Part shown: positions 1 to 12,400 of the stretch, piece after piece
Layout: every line of letters starts with the position of its first letter
Numbering within the stretch: position 1 is the first letter of the stretch
NCBI GenBank assembly: GCA_965644295.1
Contig: CBFFRP010000069.1
Location: 62,001 to 126,000, forward strand
Direction of reading: 5' to 3'
DNA: 64,000 nt
Origin: Paraphysomonas bandaiensis
Lineage: Eukaryota; Protista; Chrysophyceae
The notes under the pieces: generated by a model
What the model was told of the DNA's origin: nothing
What the model saw: only the letters and a program-made list of their open reading frames with translations
The model's database searches: none
Position numbers and translations under genes: made by a program

Positions 1-67
1 TAACGAACACACAAGTTATTACATTTGTGAAAGTTTAGGCTATCTACCGTAAATTTTTCACAACACG

Positions 68-1520
68 TCAGATAAGACAGTCACTATTCTCATTAAGTAT
101 ACTCTCAACAAACTTTGGTACGACAGCTAGCCACTCATTCGATTCATGAACCGACTCGTGTCCTGCAGAAGGAATTTCTACCATTGTCGCCACTGCTGGA
201 CAAGCTTCCTGTCGCAAACATTCTGCGCCTGAGTACTTCCCCCCATCTTCCACTGATGTCCGGTGAAGGACACATGATGCAGTTCCATTCGGCGCAGTAT
301 CGGCCACAGCTTGTATAAGTCGCCAGCTGTGCTCTGACGGGATAGTCCAATCCCTCGCCCCATGAAGCAATAGAACGGGACAGCCCACAGAGCCGATACG
401 GGAGGCAGTGTTATAGCTGAAGGTGATGAAGCTGGCCCTGCCGTGAAGATTACACACACATATACTCAATATACAGACAGACAGGTACAAACAATTGACA
501 GTTAATTCAAACAAACAACTAGTACATACACAAAACTTACATGAGATCTGACACTAGGGGTAGTAGGCGGAACATAGCGATATGCGGGTAGTCCTTCGCA
601 GCATCCCTCACAGATACGAAGGCAGAATTGAGAATTAGGCCTGCCGGCAATAACGACCCAACGCCGCACTCATGGGATTCCCTACTATTAAGTGAATGAG
701 CGAGCTCTGTGGCGATTGCAGATCCTAGACTTTGCCCGTACAAAAATATACGAGGGGTTGTTGCAAGAAAGCCAGACTCGCACTCGTTTTCACCGCCTTC
801 TCCCATCGTAATCTTCCGCTCTATCCACTCCCACACAGCTCGAGCATCCAATGCAGTCCCGCCCTCGCTAGGCCATCCTGCTGAGTCTCCGAAGCCCCGA
901 TAGTCAATGGTAATCACATGCGAGGACAGCTGGCTTGCCAAGCGGTGAAGTAGTGATATTCGGCGCGGAAGTGCGCGGTTTCCTGCGTTACCATGGAAAT
1001 ACACAACTATAACCTCTGCTTCTTTTAACTGCGAATCGAAATACTCCTCACGCTCTTTATGACTGGTTATAGACGCACCAAGTCTGGCTATCCTACCGGG
1101 AGGAAGTATGTGCCACCCTCTAATTGTGGTACCATCAGCTGCTGCTAGCTCTATATTTCTTCCGTCGCTCAGTCCAAATCGATTGAGGTTGGTAAGCGGC
1201 CCAAAGGGAAAGTTTAAAATGTTCATATATAGGATAGCAGATTGAAAAAATGTGGAAAACATGGCAGCCGTACATAATGTAACGTAAAGCACAACACCCA
1301 GGAGCGCACATTTATACATACTGACATTCCCTAACGTTTTTTTGGGTTTACCATTGGCATAGCTTACATTTGTTTGAGAACCAGAATCCTTGCAAACGAG
1401 CAATGGCGGATATTCTGGAATGTGTTTGTCCCCTTTCAAATGAAATTTCTTCTCCGAATTCGTGCGTTTTAAGCTGTGATGTATATGGGGTTCTACTGAT
1501 GTACTTTTAGCATTTCCCAT
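68..1520 (-). CDS. ABHD12/BEM46-like alpha/beta hydrolase, 2 exons (intron about 438-540)
   Basis: Motifs YFHGNAGNR, IDYRGFGDS, nucleophile GQSLG; exon 2 supplies LLLHGARDWTIP (Asp) and AGH (His). N-terminal TM segment. GTAAG donor and CAG acceptor visible. Confidence 0.9.
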
Positions 1521-1967
1521 ATTAATGTCAGATTTAAAACAGATCTAAGTAGTCTGTACCGGGGTTCAATACTTGTTAAGAAAAATGTACAACGTCCTCT
1601 TGCACGGGAAAAGTTCAGATCAATGCCCAGTGATGTTTATTTTACATTCAGCAGAGGAGCCGAATTGAGGGAGGGGTGATTCAGTGATATGAAAAGGGTG
1701 TGGGTGTGGGTGTGGGAGACAGTCAGAAATAGTACACCGTATTTTTATATGAGTATTTGCAATTCGGCAGGAGGAAACCATATCTGGATATCTGGATATC
1801 ATACAGCAGTACAGCAAATCCTACACCAGTATACCATATGCTCTGTATCATCTGCTGTATATGGTGGTGTGGGGAGGAATGAGCTGACAGCGCTCTATCT
1901 ATCCATCACCTTTTCCATTATCCCATCTCGCGAGGAATACCCCAAGAATATCACAACTTGCAACACA

Positions 1968-3143
1968 ATGGATATAACTTGTCAACGACATTTATTTTCC
2001 ATTGAATCAGATGTGCACTATCTCAATTGTGCTGCTTATTCACCACTACTGACATCGTCAAAGCAAGTGGGGCTAGATGCCATTGACATCAAAACTAATC
2101 CCCATAACATCAAACCTCACATGCACTTCGATTGTATACAACGCCTTCGAGAGAAATTAGCGGCTGTTGTACACGTGTCTGATCCTGACAGAATAGCTGT
2201 GTTTCCGAGTGTATCTTATGGTATGGCCATCGTTGCGAATAATTTACATCGTATAAGTGACATTTCGGAGAAGAAGCGAATACTTGTACTACAAGATGAA
2301 TTCCCGAACGACGTATATGCATTCGTACGTGTGGCTTCGATTCTGAACTTGAAGATCGAGGCCGTACCTCAACCAGCGGAGTTCAATGAAATGGGCGAGA
2401 GATGGAATGCGAGCATATTAGATGCGATTGATCACGATGTAGCCCTTGTGGTTGTTCCTCAAGTTCACTGGATATATGGGGTTGTATTTGATCTTGAATC
2501 GATATCCAGAAAATGTAAGGGATGTCAATGTCTGCTTGTTGTAGACGGTTCACAGAGCATAGGAGCCATGCCCCTGGATATTGAGATCATTCAACCAGAT
2601 GCCGTTGTATGCGCTGGATACAAGTGGCTTTTTGGACCATATTCACTATCGTTCGGATATTTTGGAGAGTTCTTTGATGATGGTGTTCCGATAGAAGAGT
2701 CTTGGATGAACCGGGTGCATAGCGAAAACTTCTCCGGGGTCACGACTTTGCAATCACAGTACAGACCTAAGGCACAACGGTATAATATGGGAGAGTTTTC
2801 TGACTTCGTGAATGTAGCAATTCTAGATGATTCTTTATCCCGAGTACTAGAGTGGGGGCCCGAGAGAATTAACCAGTACGTTGCTAAGATTAGTGCGGAA
2901 CCGCTTTCTGAGTTACGTGATATTGGATGCGTGGTGGTGTCAGACATGCACCGCGCACCACATTTGTTTGGCATACATCTACCCCCTAGCGTCGACCCTG
3001 CCTTGTTGCAGCGGCATCTTGCTGATAAAAGAGTATGGGTATCATTACGTGGGACAGCGTTGCGGATATCTCTCAATGTATTTAACAGCGAAGATGACCT
3101 ACGGGCACTTGTTGCCGTGCTGCGAGACACTCTGGTAGCGTAG
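1968..3143 (+). CDS. PLP-dependent class V aminotransferase (cysteine desulfurase/selenocysteine lyase/kynureninase-like fold), intronless
   Basis: HYLNCAAYSP, VVDGSQSIG, AGYKWLFGPYS (PLP lysine), LRISLNVFNSEDD. Probable start is ATG 1968, not 1689. Confidence 0.88.
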   Translation: MDITCQRHLFSIESDVHYLNCAAYSPLLTSSKQVGLDAIDIKTNPHNIKPHMHFDCIQRLREKLAAVVHVSDPDRIAVFPSVSYGMAIVANNLHRISDISEKKRILVLQDEFPNDVYAFVRVASILNLKIEAVPQPAEFNEMGERWNASILDAIDHDVALVVVPQVHWIYGVVFDLESISRKCKGCQCLLVVDGSQSIGAMPLDIEIIQPDAVVCAGYKWLFGPYSLSFGYFGEFFDDGVPIEESWMNRVHSENFSGVTTLQSQYRPKAQRYNMGEFSDFVNVAILDDSLSRVLEWGPERINQYVAKISAEPLSELRDIGCVVVSDMHRAPHLFGIHLPPSVDPALLQRHLADKRVWVSLRGTALRISLNVFNSEDDLRALVAVLRDTLVA

Positions 3144-3521
3144 TGGAAGAAGTATATCATCATTGACTCGTACTCTTATAATCTACGTGGACTGTGATAT
3201 ATATTACTTTAATTGATGTTATTAGTAAGACGAAACACTATATGAACACTTTAAAAATTAAGATTTTATCTGTTAATATTCCCAGGTCTCCAGGTCTGTC
3301 TAGATCAGTTTATAACACTGATTTAGTTGATACGTTTTAAAAGCATAAATTTGTGTATATTGAGAGTGCGGCAGCTCGATAGTAAAGATTATCACGAGAG
3401 TTGACAAGATATACGGGGATACTAATCAAGCCCGTTAGATAGTCTCACAGTTATCAATATACAATATATATAGATCGCACTATCAATTCTCATAGGAACA
3501 TGGAACAGCACTACAGATATA

Positions 3522-3813
3522 TTGAAAGTCTTATTAGAAGCAATTATAGGCGTTAAGAATCAGCACCAGCTTAGTAGTTAAATGTAAACTAGTCAAGCTA
3601 GATAGACGATAGACAGTTTCTGCTTCCTGTAACTAACTAACTAACTAACTAACTAGTACAAACTCCAATACCCGACTAATTAACGCTACGGAAGCCTCTT
3701 ATGCGTCGCCGCAAGCTCCAAGGTGCAACAAATTTCTCTCTATCACTCAAAGAAACGCAGTGAGCAAGCAGAATGTTGATATAGCTACCTGCCTGATATC
3801 TGCTGACTTCAGG
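3522..3813 (-). mobile_element. SINE-like element sharing its core and 3' tail with the LINE at 36.2-38.1 kb; internal (TAAC)n microsatellite
   Basis: Minus strand starts CCTGAAGTCA, contains TTGCACCTTGGAGCTTGCGGCGACGCATAAG and ends TAACGCCTA...AAGACTTTCAAT. Confidence 0.75.
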
Positions 3814-4495
3814 TACATGCTTTACCTCTTGTAAAAAAATGTATTTTCTTATCTAAAGATTTAACTTAGGTTTCTTATCTCACTTAATATATAATGTTTC
3901 AATATTCACAATACTCACGAAACAATGAAGGCATATGACTCATTAATGCAGGCTTTTTATACGACCAGCAACCCATTCTAGCAAGTAGGAAGGCAGGAAC
4001 TTAACCCAACTATGAATAGTCCAAGTATCATTTTTTTGTGGGAAATATGAATATTCCAACTATGAGAGCATGGCCGTATTACAATACATTGTGTATTCCA
4101 CTATAGTCTGAAAGAATTCCTTACATCAATCTTATATTCCGTATCATTACCCATATAGCATGCATTGCAATCATTTAACACACGACTCGACAACTAGGAT
4201 AGTATAGCACAATGCTTAACCAGACACGGCTTACAGCCGTAAGCCAACACATCACCGTCTCAGTTAGTAGCCAGTAAATCTTGTGCACTACTCATCTTTT
4301 GCTTCTACAGTCTGGCAAATTCTTTATATGAACTGACAGACGGTGGGACACAACATTACATTCTACGTAGAATACCTCAACAAAACAATAGCACTGATAC
4401 ACATCGCTACATATACTTGTAACACACAGAAGCGATCATATAATAAACCACTCCCTACAAGGGGTACATTAGCAAAAGCAACTATACGCCTGCGC

Positions 4496-5902
4496 TTACA
4501 ACAAGGGCGAAGGAGGGAAGGATTGAGATGGTGTAGAAGGACCTCTAAATACGTAGGGTTCAGCGGCAACAGAAAGGGTCGACATTGCAGTGTTGTCAAA
4601 AACACTAGCTTCTTTTGCACTCTCCTTAAACACATGAGCAAAGCTTGAGAACTGGTGTTCCTGATACGTCTGTTGGGTAGATTTCGGAAGACCCACCGGG
4701 AAAGCAGCAGGAGAGGAATGATGAGATGATGAACGACGAGCCACTATACGGTCCATGGGAGCAACAGGAAGCTGCATTCCATGCTGGTGATGATTGTGAG
4801 GTCGCAGCAACAAGGATGCAGGGATTGGGTTATGCGAAACGTCTGCCGGAACAGAATGCGTACTAGGGCGACGCAGAAGAGCACCTGCCTCGTGTGATTT
4901 AATCTTCTGCATCCAGATGCGAGTCTTAAACGTAGCGAATAAGTCACGCACAAGCTCGCGGAAGTCTGTGTGCCTGTTGGGTCAATTAAAAATGCGAAAT
5001 AAAATGCCGTCGTACACACGAATAACTGTACCTCTCTGAAGTGAAGAAGAAAGTTAGCTTTTTCCTGTCGAATTGGTACTCCGAGTCAACAATAGCGATC
5101 CGCAGCCCTCTCCTTGCCACTAGATTGCGACAAACCTCAGTGGCAATACGTTCGTCTTCCACCTTTGCCTTAGAGTGCTGAAGCTCTGTTTCGCTAGCGA
5201 GGGAAAGAATTTTCTTGGCGAAGGATATGCCCATTACCTCAGAATATATCTCCGAAACGCGCCCAATATCGTAGCCTCTATCTGCCTCCACTTTAACATA
5301 GTCACCCACGCAAATTCGACTAGGACAGACAGGAGAAAGGGAAAAAGTGTCGGTAGTGCTTTTAAACTGAACCTGAAAGAAACTAGTTATAAAAGATAGC
5401 AGACAGAGAAACCATACCGTATACAGCAGATTCGACTGGTGCTGCTGTTGACGCTGGGGGTGGCTGCTACGGCGGTAAGGCAACGCTGAACCAGTCTACT
5501 ACTCGTAAGCTACGTAATGACATGTACTTCGTCACTTACATTTCCATAGTCAATCCGGGGAATGTCGTGGGAATGGTGCTTATACTGCCCCCCGTTGTCC
5601 ATATGAGACACAGACGAGTGATTTCGCACCCCTTCCAACCCAATCCTATCACCAACAACATCTGTGCTGGAATCAAGAAGGTGGATCAATTCCTTCTCTT
5701 TGGTCCCAAAAGTGGGACATGAAAACGCCTTCTCGACATAAATATTACAAGACTCCACGTCTTCTTCCTCATCCGAATGCACTCCACCAAACGTTGGACA
5801 GGATGCATATTTCCCAGTCAACTCAAGTGGAACCATGCCGCCCCTGACATCTCTATCAGAGTATATATGTTGGGAAAAATTACGGTCTTCAAAGTTATCC
5901 AT
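4496..5902 (-). CDS. PSP1 C-terminal domain protein, multi-exon (3' end approximate)
   Basis: VGDYVKVEADRGYDIGRV, DSEYQFDRKKLTFFFTSER, then after an intron RDLFATFKTRIWMQK, characteristic of PSP1 domains. Confidence 0.85.
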
Positions 5903-7393
5903 CAGAAAAATAAATCAAATTAAGATATTCACACGAGAAACTATGCAGATACACTAACAACCCTATGACTGCACTTGAGAACCCTATCGCCAACACTATG
6001 CATCTTATCACAGATGTCTATGATGTATTAACTAAAGGAAAGATAGTATACTAAAACCCCGTATGGTTTAACTACGCCAATCACCCGCACATGTTTTTCA
6101 TATGTTTTCCGCGGTTTTCACATCATATGTGCAGCAGTATACACTATGTATAATTTCATAGTTCAAAGAAATCCTTCCTGCCACGTCGTCAATGATTTTA
6201 TCCCATCTAAACCCTTATCTTCATACTTGAGTGGTCGAAATCCCTAAAAACTCCCACCAGCGTATTACGTACGACCTGTTTGTCCCATTATCAAACCCCT
6301 GAACCCCAAAAAACATCAACCTTTGCGATTGATATGCATCATCTAGCTAGATATCCAGGTGCGGTGTACTGAAATGAGCAATGTATCATTTCGTAAATAT
6401 GCTCAATTATATATTGTAGTAGGACTACGTGGTCTTCGTAAGTTAGCTGTGGAGCTAGCTGTGAAATTCATAAAAGAAGTCGCAGCAACTTTACTTTATT
6501 TTATCAGTTTACTGACAGCAATTCATGATTTTGATTCATCGTAATGTTAGAAAATGAATTGTGAGGTATATTATTGAACTCAGTCAAAATGATTAAAATA
6601 CTCACCGCTATAAAGTATGGGGTCACCCTTGTCAAAGTAATAAATGATTTAAACTTATCCACTTTTAGTTGACAACATTGTCATAAGCTGCACTTGAATA
6701 CACCAACATATTACAGAACATTAATGCCATAGCAGTAAGACTCAAACCAGTGCAGCTTATCTCCGGTGGTGAATTACTTCAGTAATTACAAAAATATGAG
6801 TGAGAAGTGAGATATATACTTAGACAGGAGCCCACTGTTGAAGTTAGTTATTATTTAGTATACTGTCTGTTATATTACTAAAGCGACTATTTGTTTGAGC
6901 TAAACTACCCTGCGTTTTTGACATTACCACTGTAGCTAATAATAGATTGATCTTGATTTAGTCAACATTACTTTATTTCAACTCTACCGTTAGTACGACA
7001 TATTACACCGTACACCAGTACTTTATAGACATACGAATACCTCCTATATTTATATACTATATACTTTCATTGATATATAATTTTATTTAATGGTTTCAAG
7101 TATAATGCAGTATTGGCGTCGATATAACCAGATTCACTAATAGTTTTTACTATAATTATTGGTATAAGAAGTTTTAGACCTCATTTGTCGACGATTAATC
7201 ACAAGTCCATATGATACTCCAATTAACCAATTAATAATGATTTACTTAGCTCTTATGATAAATATGAAAACATCCACACAGAAATGCTACCGGTAGCATA
7301 CTAGCCAATAGCAAAAAATGATGAAATGGACAACCCCTTTCAACCACTGGTATTAGTCGTTTCAATATCAATACCATGCAACAAAAACACACC

Positions 7394-8761
7394 CTAACTA
7401 GAGTGGATATAAGACGAAACGTTTGCTTGAACATAGTGAAGATCCGCACTGAACTCATCAACAGTGCCAACTATTTGACAGTCAAGATCAAGCAGACCGA
7501 AGCCTGCGGAGAGAAGATCCACAACAGAACCAGAGTGTTTAAGGTCTACTCTAGCGGAGAAAGTCGGAGTGATGATAACTTCATTGGGAGGTAGCGATAA
7601 CATCAGCACCGATTCGTCCACTGTTGCTATATGAATACCTTCTAAATAGACATTACAATAAAGTGCAGTAACAAGAATCTCAAGCTCCAGTGGGTTGTAC
7701 ATATGGAGGTCGAAAGGTACATTGACAATGTTCCCGATCGACACATACATGTCTATGCGATCCACCAGCAAACGATCCACTCCAGGAAGAACTGATGCCA
7801 TAGTCATGGATTGCAGTGCCGGCTCCAGCCATTGGACTGGGTGATCAAGGAAGAAGCCCTCCAGTGATATAGGAGTTGGTATACCACTAATATAGTTGCC
7901 CACCACGTACATAAGCTCAACATATTCATCGTCATTAGTGTAACTCATGGTAATGTTGTTGTGAACAGAAAAATTCCCAGTGAGCATGGAGCAGTTGGGA
8001 ATTGTGCCGATCCCAATGGGCACGCCATTACTTATCATGTGGAAATTTAAATTCTGGCCAAAATTCAATACTATATTCGACTCCGAGTTCAGGAGTGCTG
8101 TGGCAATGGCAAATAGTGTGGTTGGTGCACCAGCAGTAGCAACCACGTTGCTAATAACCGGGTTGACATCAAAGTTATTATATCCGTACATTGGTACTAC
8201 CTTGTCTATATGTACCTTGACATCAGTACCCATGACGTGTATGATCGCGTTTCCTTTCATCCGCCAGTCAAACGAATCAACTTCAATAATATATTTGTTG
8301 AAGTCTGTGAATGCGGTTACATTGTCAACAACTCCGTGAGACCTCAGATGATGAGGAGAGCTTGTGACATGGATAGTGCTAGAGTGCTTGAGACGCACCA
8401 AATGACCGCCCCCACTTCCGTCCCACGATATCTGGGCTTCCTGTATGTGAGATGTAGAAGGTAGGATTGCATTCTTTGAAAATTTCATCACAACATCAGA
8501 CTCAAATGCCTCATTCGTGGGATTTGTCAGAGTTGTTGTCACAATAGATATATCTGTGTGTTCACATTCGTTTCGTACCACAGCTGGGAGAATAACCAAA
8601 AAAGAAACAGGTAGAATGACAGCCAGCACAACTGCAGATATAAGGAAATAAAACGAAAGCTTTCTCGTTCGAGGTTTCTCTAGCACCTCAGAATCATGGC
8701 TTATCAGAGGCTCATAAGACTCATCCATGTGAATTTCCACATCAGTATCGGTGTTTTCCAT
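7394..8761 (-). CDS. Single-pass membrane protein with DUF3712/LEA2-like beta-rich lumenal domains
   Basis: Short cytosolic N-terminus, one TM (FYFLISAVVLAVILPVSFLVILP), AFTDFNKYI..FDWRMKG and NPLELEILV patterns. Family assigned from resemblance only. Confidence 0.6.
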   Translation of the reverse strand: MENTDTDVEIHMDESYEPLISHDSEVLEKPRTRKLSFYFLISAVVLAVILPVSFLVILPAVVRNECEHTDISIVTTTLTNPTNEAFESDVVMKFSKNAILPSTSHIQEAQISWDGSGGGHLVRLKHSSTIHVTSSPHHLRSHGVVDNVTAFTDFNKYIIEVDSFDWRMKGNAIIHVMGTDVKVHIDKVVPMYGYNNFDVNPVISNVVATAGAPTTLFAIATALLNSESNIVLNFGQNLNFHMISNGVPIGIGTIPNCSMLTGNFSVHNNITMSYTNDDEYVELMYVVGNYISGIPTPISLEGFFLDHPVQWLEPALQSMTMASVLPGVDRLLVDRIDMYVSIGNIVNVPFDLHMYNPLELEILVTALYCNVYLEGIHIATVDESVLMLSLPPNEVIITPTFSARVDLKHSGSVVDLLSAGFGLLDLDCQIVGTVDEFSADLHYVQANVSSYIHSS

Positions 8762-9411
8762 GAAGGAGCCCTTCACTAACACCAATGCTTGAAGATTGTG
8801 CTATTATTAGTATGATACATGAATGACATGCCTATGAAAGAATGGTGAATACTGTGGAATACGCAGGTATACCCGAATGGTAAACTGGAGTAAAGTAAAA
8901 TAAGGGGCGCCTTCGTCGAAAAAAAAACTAAAAGGCCCAGCTCTCGGCGCCGAGCGTATTTGACCATATCCATGTACAGCAGAAGTACAGAGTATTCCAC
9001 ATTATACAGTACCAGTCCAACACGGTATACATCCATCCAGATAGACTATCTGCTGTACGAATGAATGTGAGTGAACATCCATCAGTCTTGTGATTGAAGT
9101 GATATGCTAAAGTTGCCATCTATCTTCATATGTACAGTATGCGACAAGTGAGTACTCGCTATGTGCGACTATTCTGTAGTATAGATATTATTCAACAGAC
9201 GCATGGGGCTGTATAGGGATATATAGGACTGTACGTAGCTGACCATACTAGAGTTATGAAGCCACAGGACCTCGTATTCATTTTGATTGGTACACAACAC
9301 ATTGATAAAACAAAATTACTAAGACTGAATATCAAGTGGCGTCCGATATACGTGTGCTCTGATGAGCTGTCTCTGTGTTCATCTCTGCCCGTCTCTCGAC
9401 AAGTAATAAAC

Positions 9412-12400
9412 ATGGTCTTCAGTTTCTTTTCTCAAGCTTTCAGTTCTGCGACAGTTAATGATAACATCATTGCTATTTTTAAAACAAAAGATAAAGCACA
9501 GATGTATGAGCTATATGGAGATTTATCGACTGCAGGTGTTGACACTTCATTTTTCGACACATCGCTACCATGCGCAATTGGCTTTGTCCGCATTACCAAT
9601 ATGCCAGATCATGATCAAACCACTCCTCCTCATGAATCCAAAGAGTTATTTTCTCTCCAGTCGGAATCACAGCAATTGCAAGACACAACGTTGACTTCCC
9701 TGGACTCAGACTTCACGCACACGATGTTCTCAAAGGATATGTCACAGCCCGATGAGAATTCTCACAGCCACAATGAAAGTGGCGGTGATAGTAGTGGTGG
9801 TGACGTGGATGAAAAAGAAGAGGCTTCGGAGGACCATCATACATCTTTGCCTTCCGCTAGTGTTGTTGTACGTACGGCCTTCAGCTCATCCTCAGAGGAC
9901 GATCAAGCCAATGCTCCAGACGCACCTTCTGTAATGTTCTGTTTTTCTCAGGAGGAGACCACAAATCTGGACATCGACAATCTACATAAAAATGCTCGTA
10001 GCTTTGGTTCAACTATTCAACATTCATCGTTGATACGCGTAGAACACTGGCCACTATTGAGCACAGCAGTGTCTCTTTGCAGTCCCGAATACTCCCTCCC
10101 GAATTATCGAAATCATAATCACCATGCTTCCTCGATATCGACAGGTGTGAGATCCAAAAGTCCAACCATCTCAGCTGTGGCTTTACAATGTCACTCTGAG
10201 GCTTTAGCGGAAGAAATAAAGAAAATGAAGGCACAGATTGCGATAAAGGAAAACAAACGTGTCTCAAAAGCAGAGAACATGGAGGACGATTGCAACAACT
10301 CCTCTTCCAGTGAGTTTCGCGGAACTCAATTGAAAAAATCTATGCAACAATTACGGGAGAGAGCCTTGCGGAGTGTGCTACATGCGCGACGTGACCTAAA
10401 ATTAGTATCAAGCGTAAAAGAGGACCAAAGGGAATGTGGTGTGTTGGAAGAAACCGGAAAATGTGACGCGTCATGCGAAATCTCTAGCAGCACATTGGAC
10501 TCTTCTATTTGTGGAACGCCGTCCGTCAGCACACGGGAATCTGTTGTAACAGCCTCTGTTGTAGAATCACGTGAAAGTAATGATAAAGATTACAAAGATG
10601 ATTCACTTCTACCCCCTGTGGATGAGAACCATTCGCCTTTGGATAACAAGGATCAGCGCTTTTCCGAAGGGCTGGAAGCAGTGAGAGAGTTGAATAATGG
10701 GGTATCAAATATCAGCACTATGATATCTCCTGTTGAAATCTATGATAAATATGTTAAGGAACAACTAAGCATCTGTGCTTCTGATGGATTTGCTTTCAGC
10801 TACCTCTGTTACTGTGGTTCAGTATTTCCTTCGCTGGAGGCCGTGCTTGCCCATATGAAGCATATGAACCATGGAGCCAAGCCTGTGGGCACCCACTGCT
10901 GCGGACAGTTCACCTGTGGGTGTGGTTTACGCTGCTCTTCCTTGGTAGCCTTGTATGCGCATATGAAAGAGCGCGACCACCGGCATGCATCATTTAAGTC
11001 CTTCCCTAACTGGCACTTGTGGTCTTGTCCGATTCGAGGACAAGGCCAGGACTGCGAACCAGATGTAATCAGCTGTACAATACCATGTCCTAAATGTTAC
11101 AAATTATTTCCGTCTTACGGTCCGGCATTGCTTCACATGATACTAACGTGCCACTGTTTCTTTGATAGCGATCTGGCTACATGGATTCGCTGTGGAACTT
11201 GTGAATTATGTTTTCCAACTGTATTTGAGTATTATGAACATTTGCAGGATAGTGGCCATAAGTTTGAACGTACTGCGCTTCCCAGTGCACAAGACAGCAG
11301 AATACGCAATCAATTGTTGAAAAAACCCATACTTAAAATTGATACGCCATACGACTCAGTTCAATTCCGAGGATTGTACCGTTGCCTATGCGGTGTTATT
11401 TTCGCCAATTTATTTCATGTCCCAATGCATGCAAAGCGATGTCATTATTTTGCTGTTGTCAAAGCTGAAGAAGTACAAGTAGGAAAACTTGATGGTTTCA
11501 AGTGCTCGTGCGAAAAACAATTTAAATCCCTTTATTCGTATTATCAGCATTTAAGTGACAGCGCACATGTCCCCCACGCAGATTCGTTTTTGTACAGAGG
11601 CCAGTTTCCACCTGCTGTGTACAACTGTCAGTGTGGTTCTGCTGATATACACATTTCTGATGTTGTGACGCATGCGAAATCATGCACTCAAAATTGCAAT
11701 CTGATATGCGTGCGATGCGGACATAAAACCCTAACATCCTTGGACGATGCTTACACCCATGTGCATTCGGATACGCATTCAGATTGGCATTCTTTTACGT
11801 ATTTTCGAGATCCCCCGAGTTTTCTGATTACTAATCCTGTGCCACGGTCTTGGTTGCACAGATGTTGTGACTGTGAATTTGGTGCAAACACTATCTCTGA
11901 CCTTGTTGCTCATATGAGGATTCGAATGCATGGTATGCACAAGCGCTCTGGTGTCGAGCATAAATGTTCCTGTCGTTGTACGTTTTCTTGTCGTTGGCTC
12001 CTGTATGAACATATCGTCGCTTTTGAGCACAGGTGCCCTCATACAGTGGAAGCTGTTGAAGGAAGCCCTACCGTCCTTAATTCTCACCGAGAATCGAACC
12101 TGTCCGCGACTCAAAGAGTGTCTTGTGTTTGCGGGGTATCTAGTCTAGCGCTTGTCGATGCTATACATCATCTGTTTTCAACGAGACATGGAAATTTAGC
12201 CCCTTTTGTAAGGGTTTCGTGTTCTTGTGGTCAAGATTTTAGTGATCTGTTATCGCTGTACATCCACTTGTTCGACTCAGAACATACTTTTCATTCATCT
12301 TCATCAAGATTTATGTTGTCTATTGCTCGCAAACGACAGCGTTGTTGCTGTGATGATTGTGGGCAATCGTTTCCAACGGCAACTGATGCCATTGACCATT

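Noticed and set aside
1689-1967. N-terminal extension of the aminotransferase ORF; similar extensions upstream of the globin and ceramidase
   Set aside because: Low-complexity promoter-like sequence; family similarity starts at the downstream Met.
2591-3163. Long antisense ORFs (also 21959-22423, 30963-31367, 36235-36624)
   Set aside because: Shadows of real genes on the opposite strand with no recognisable motifs.
6563-6600. Sequence resembling the TIR of the 49946 MITE
   Set aside because: No partner TIR or TSD found, so it was not called as an element.
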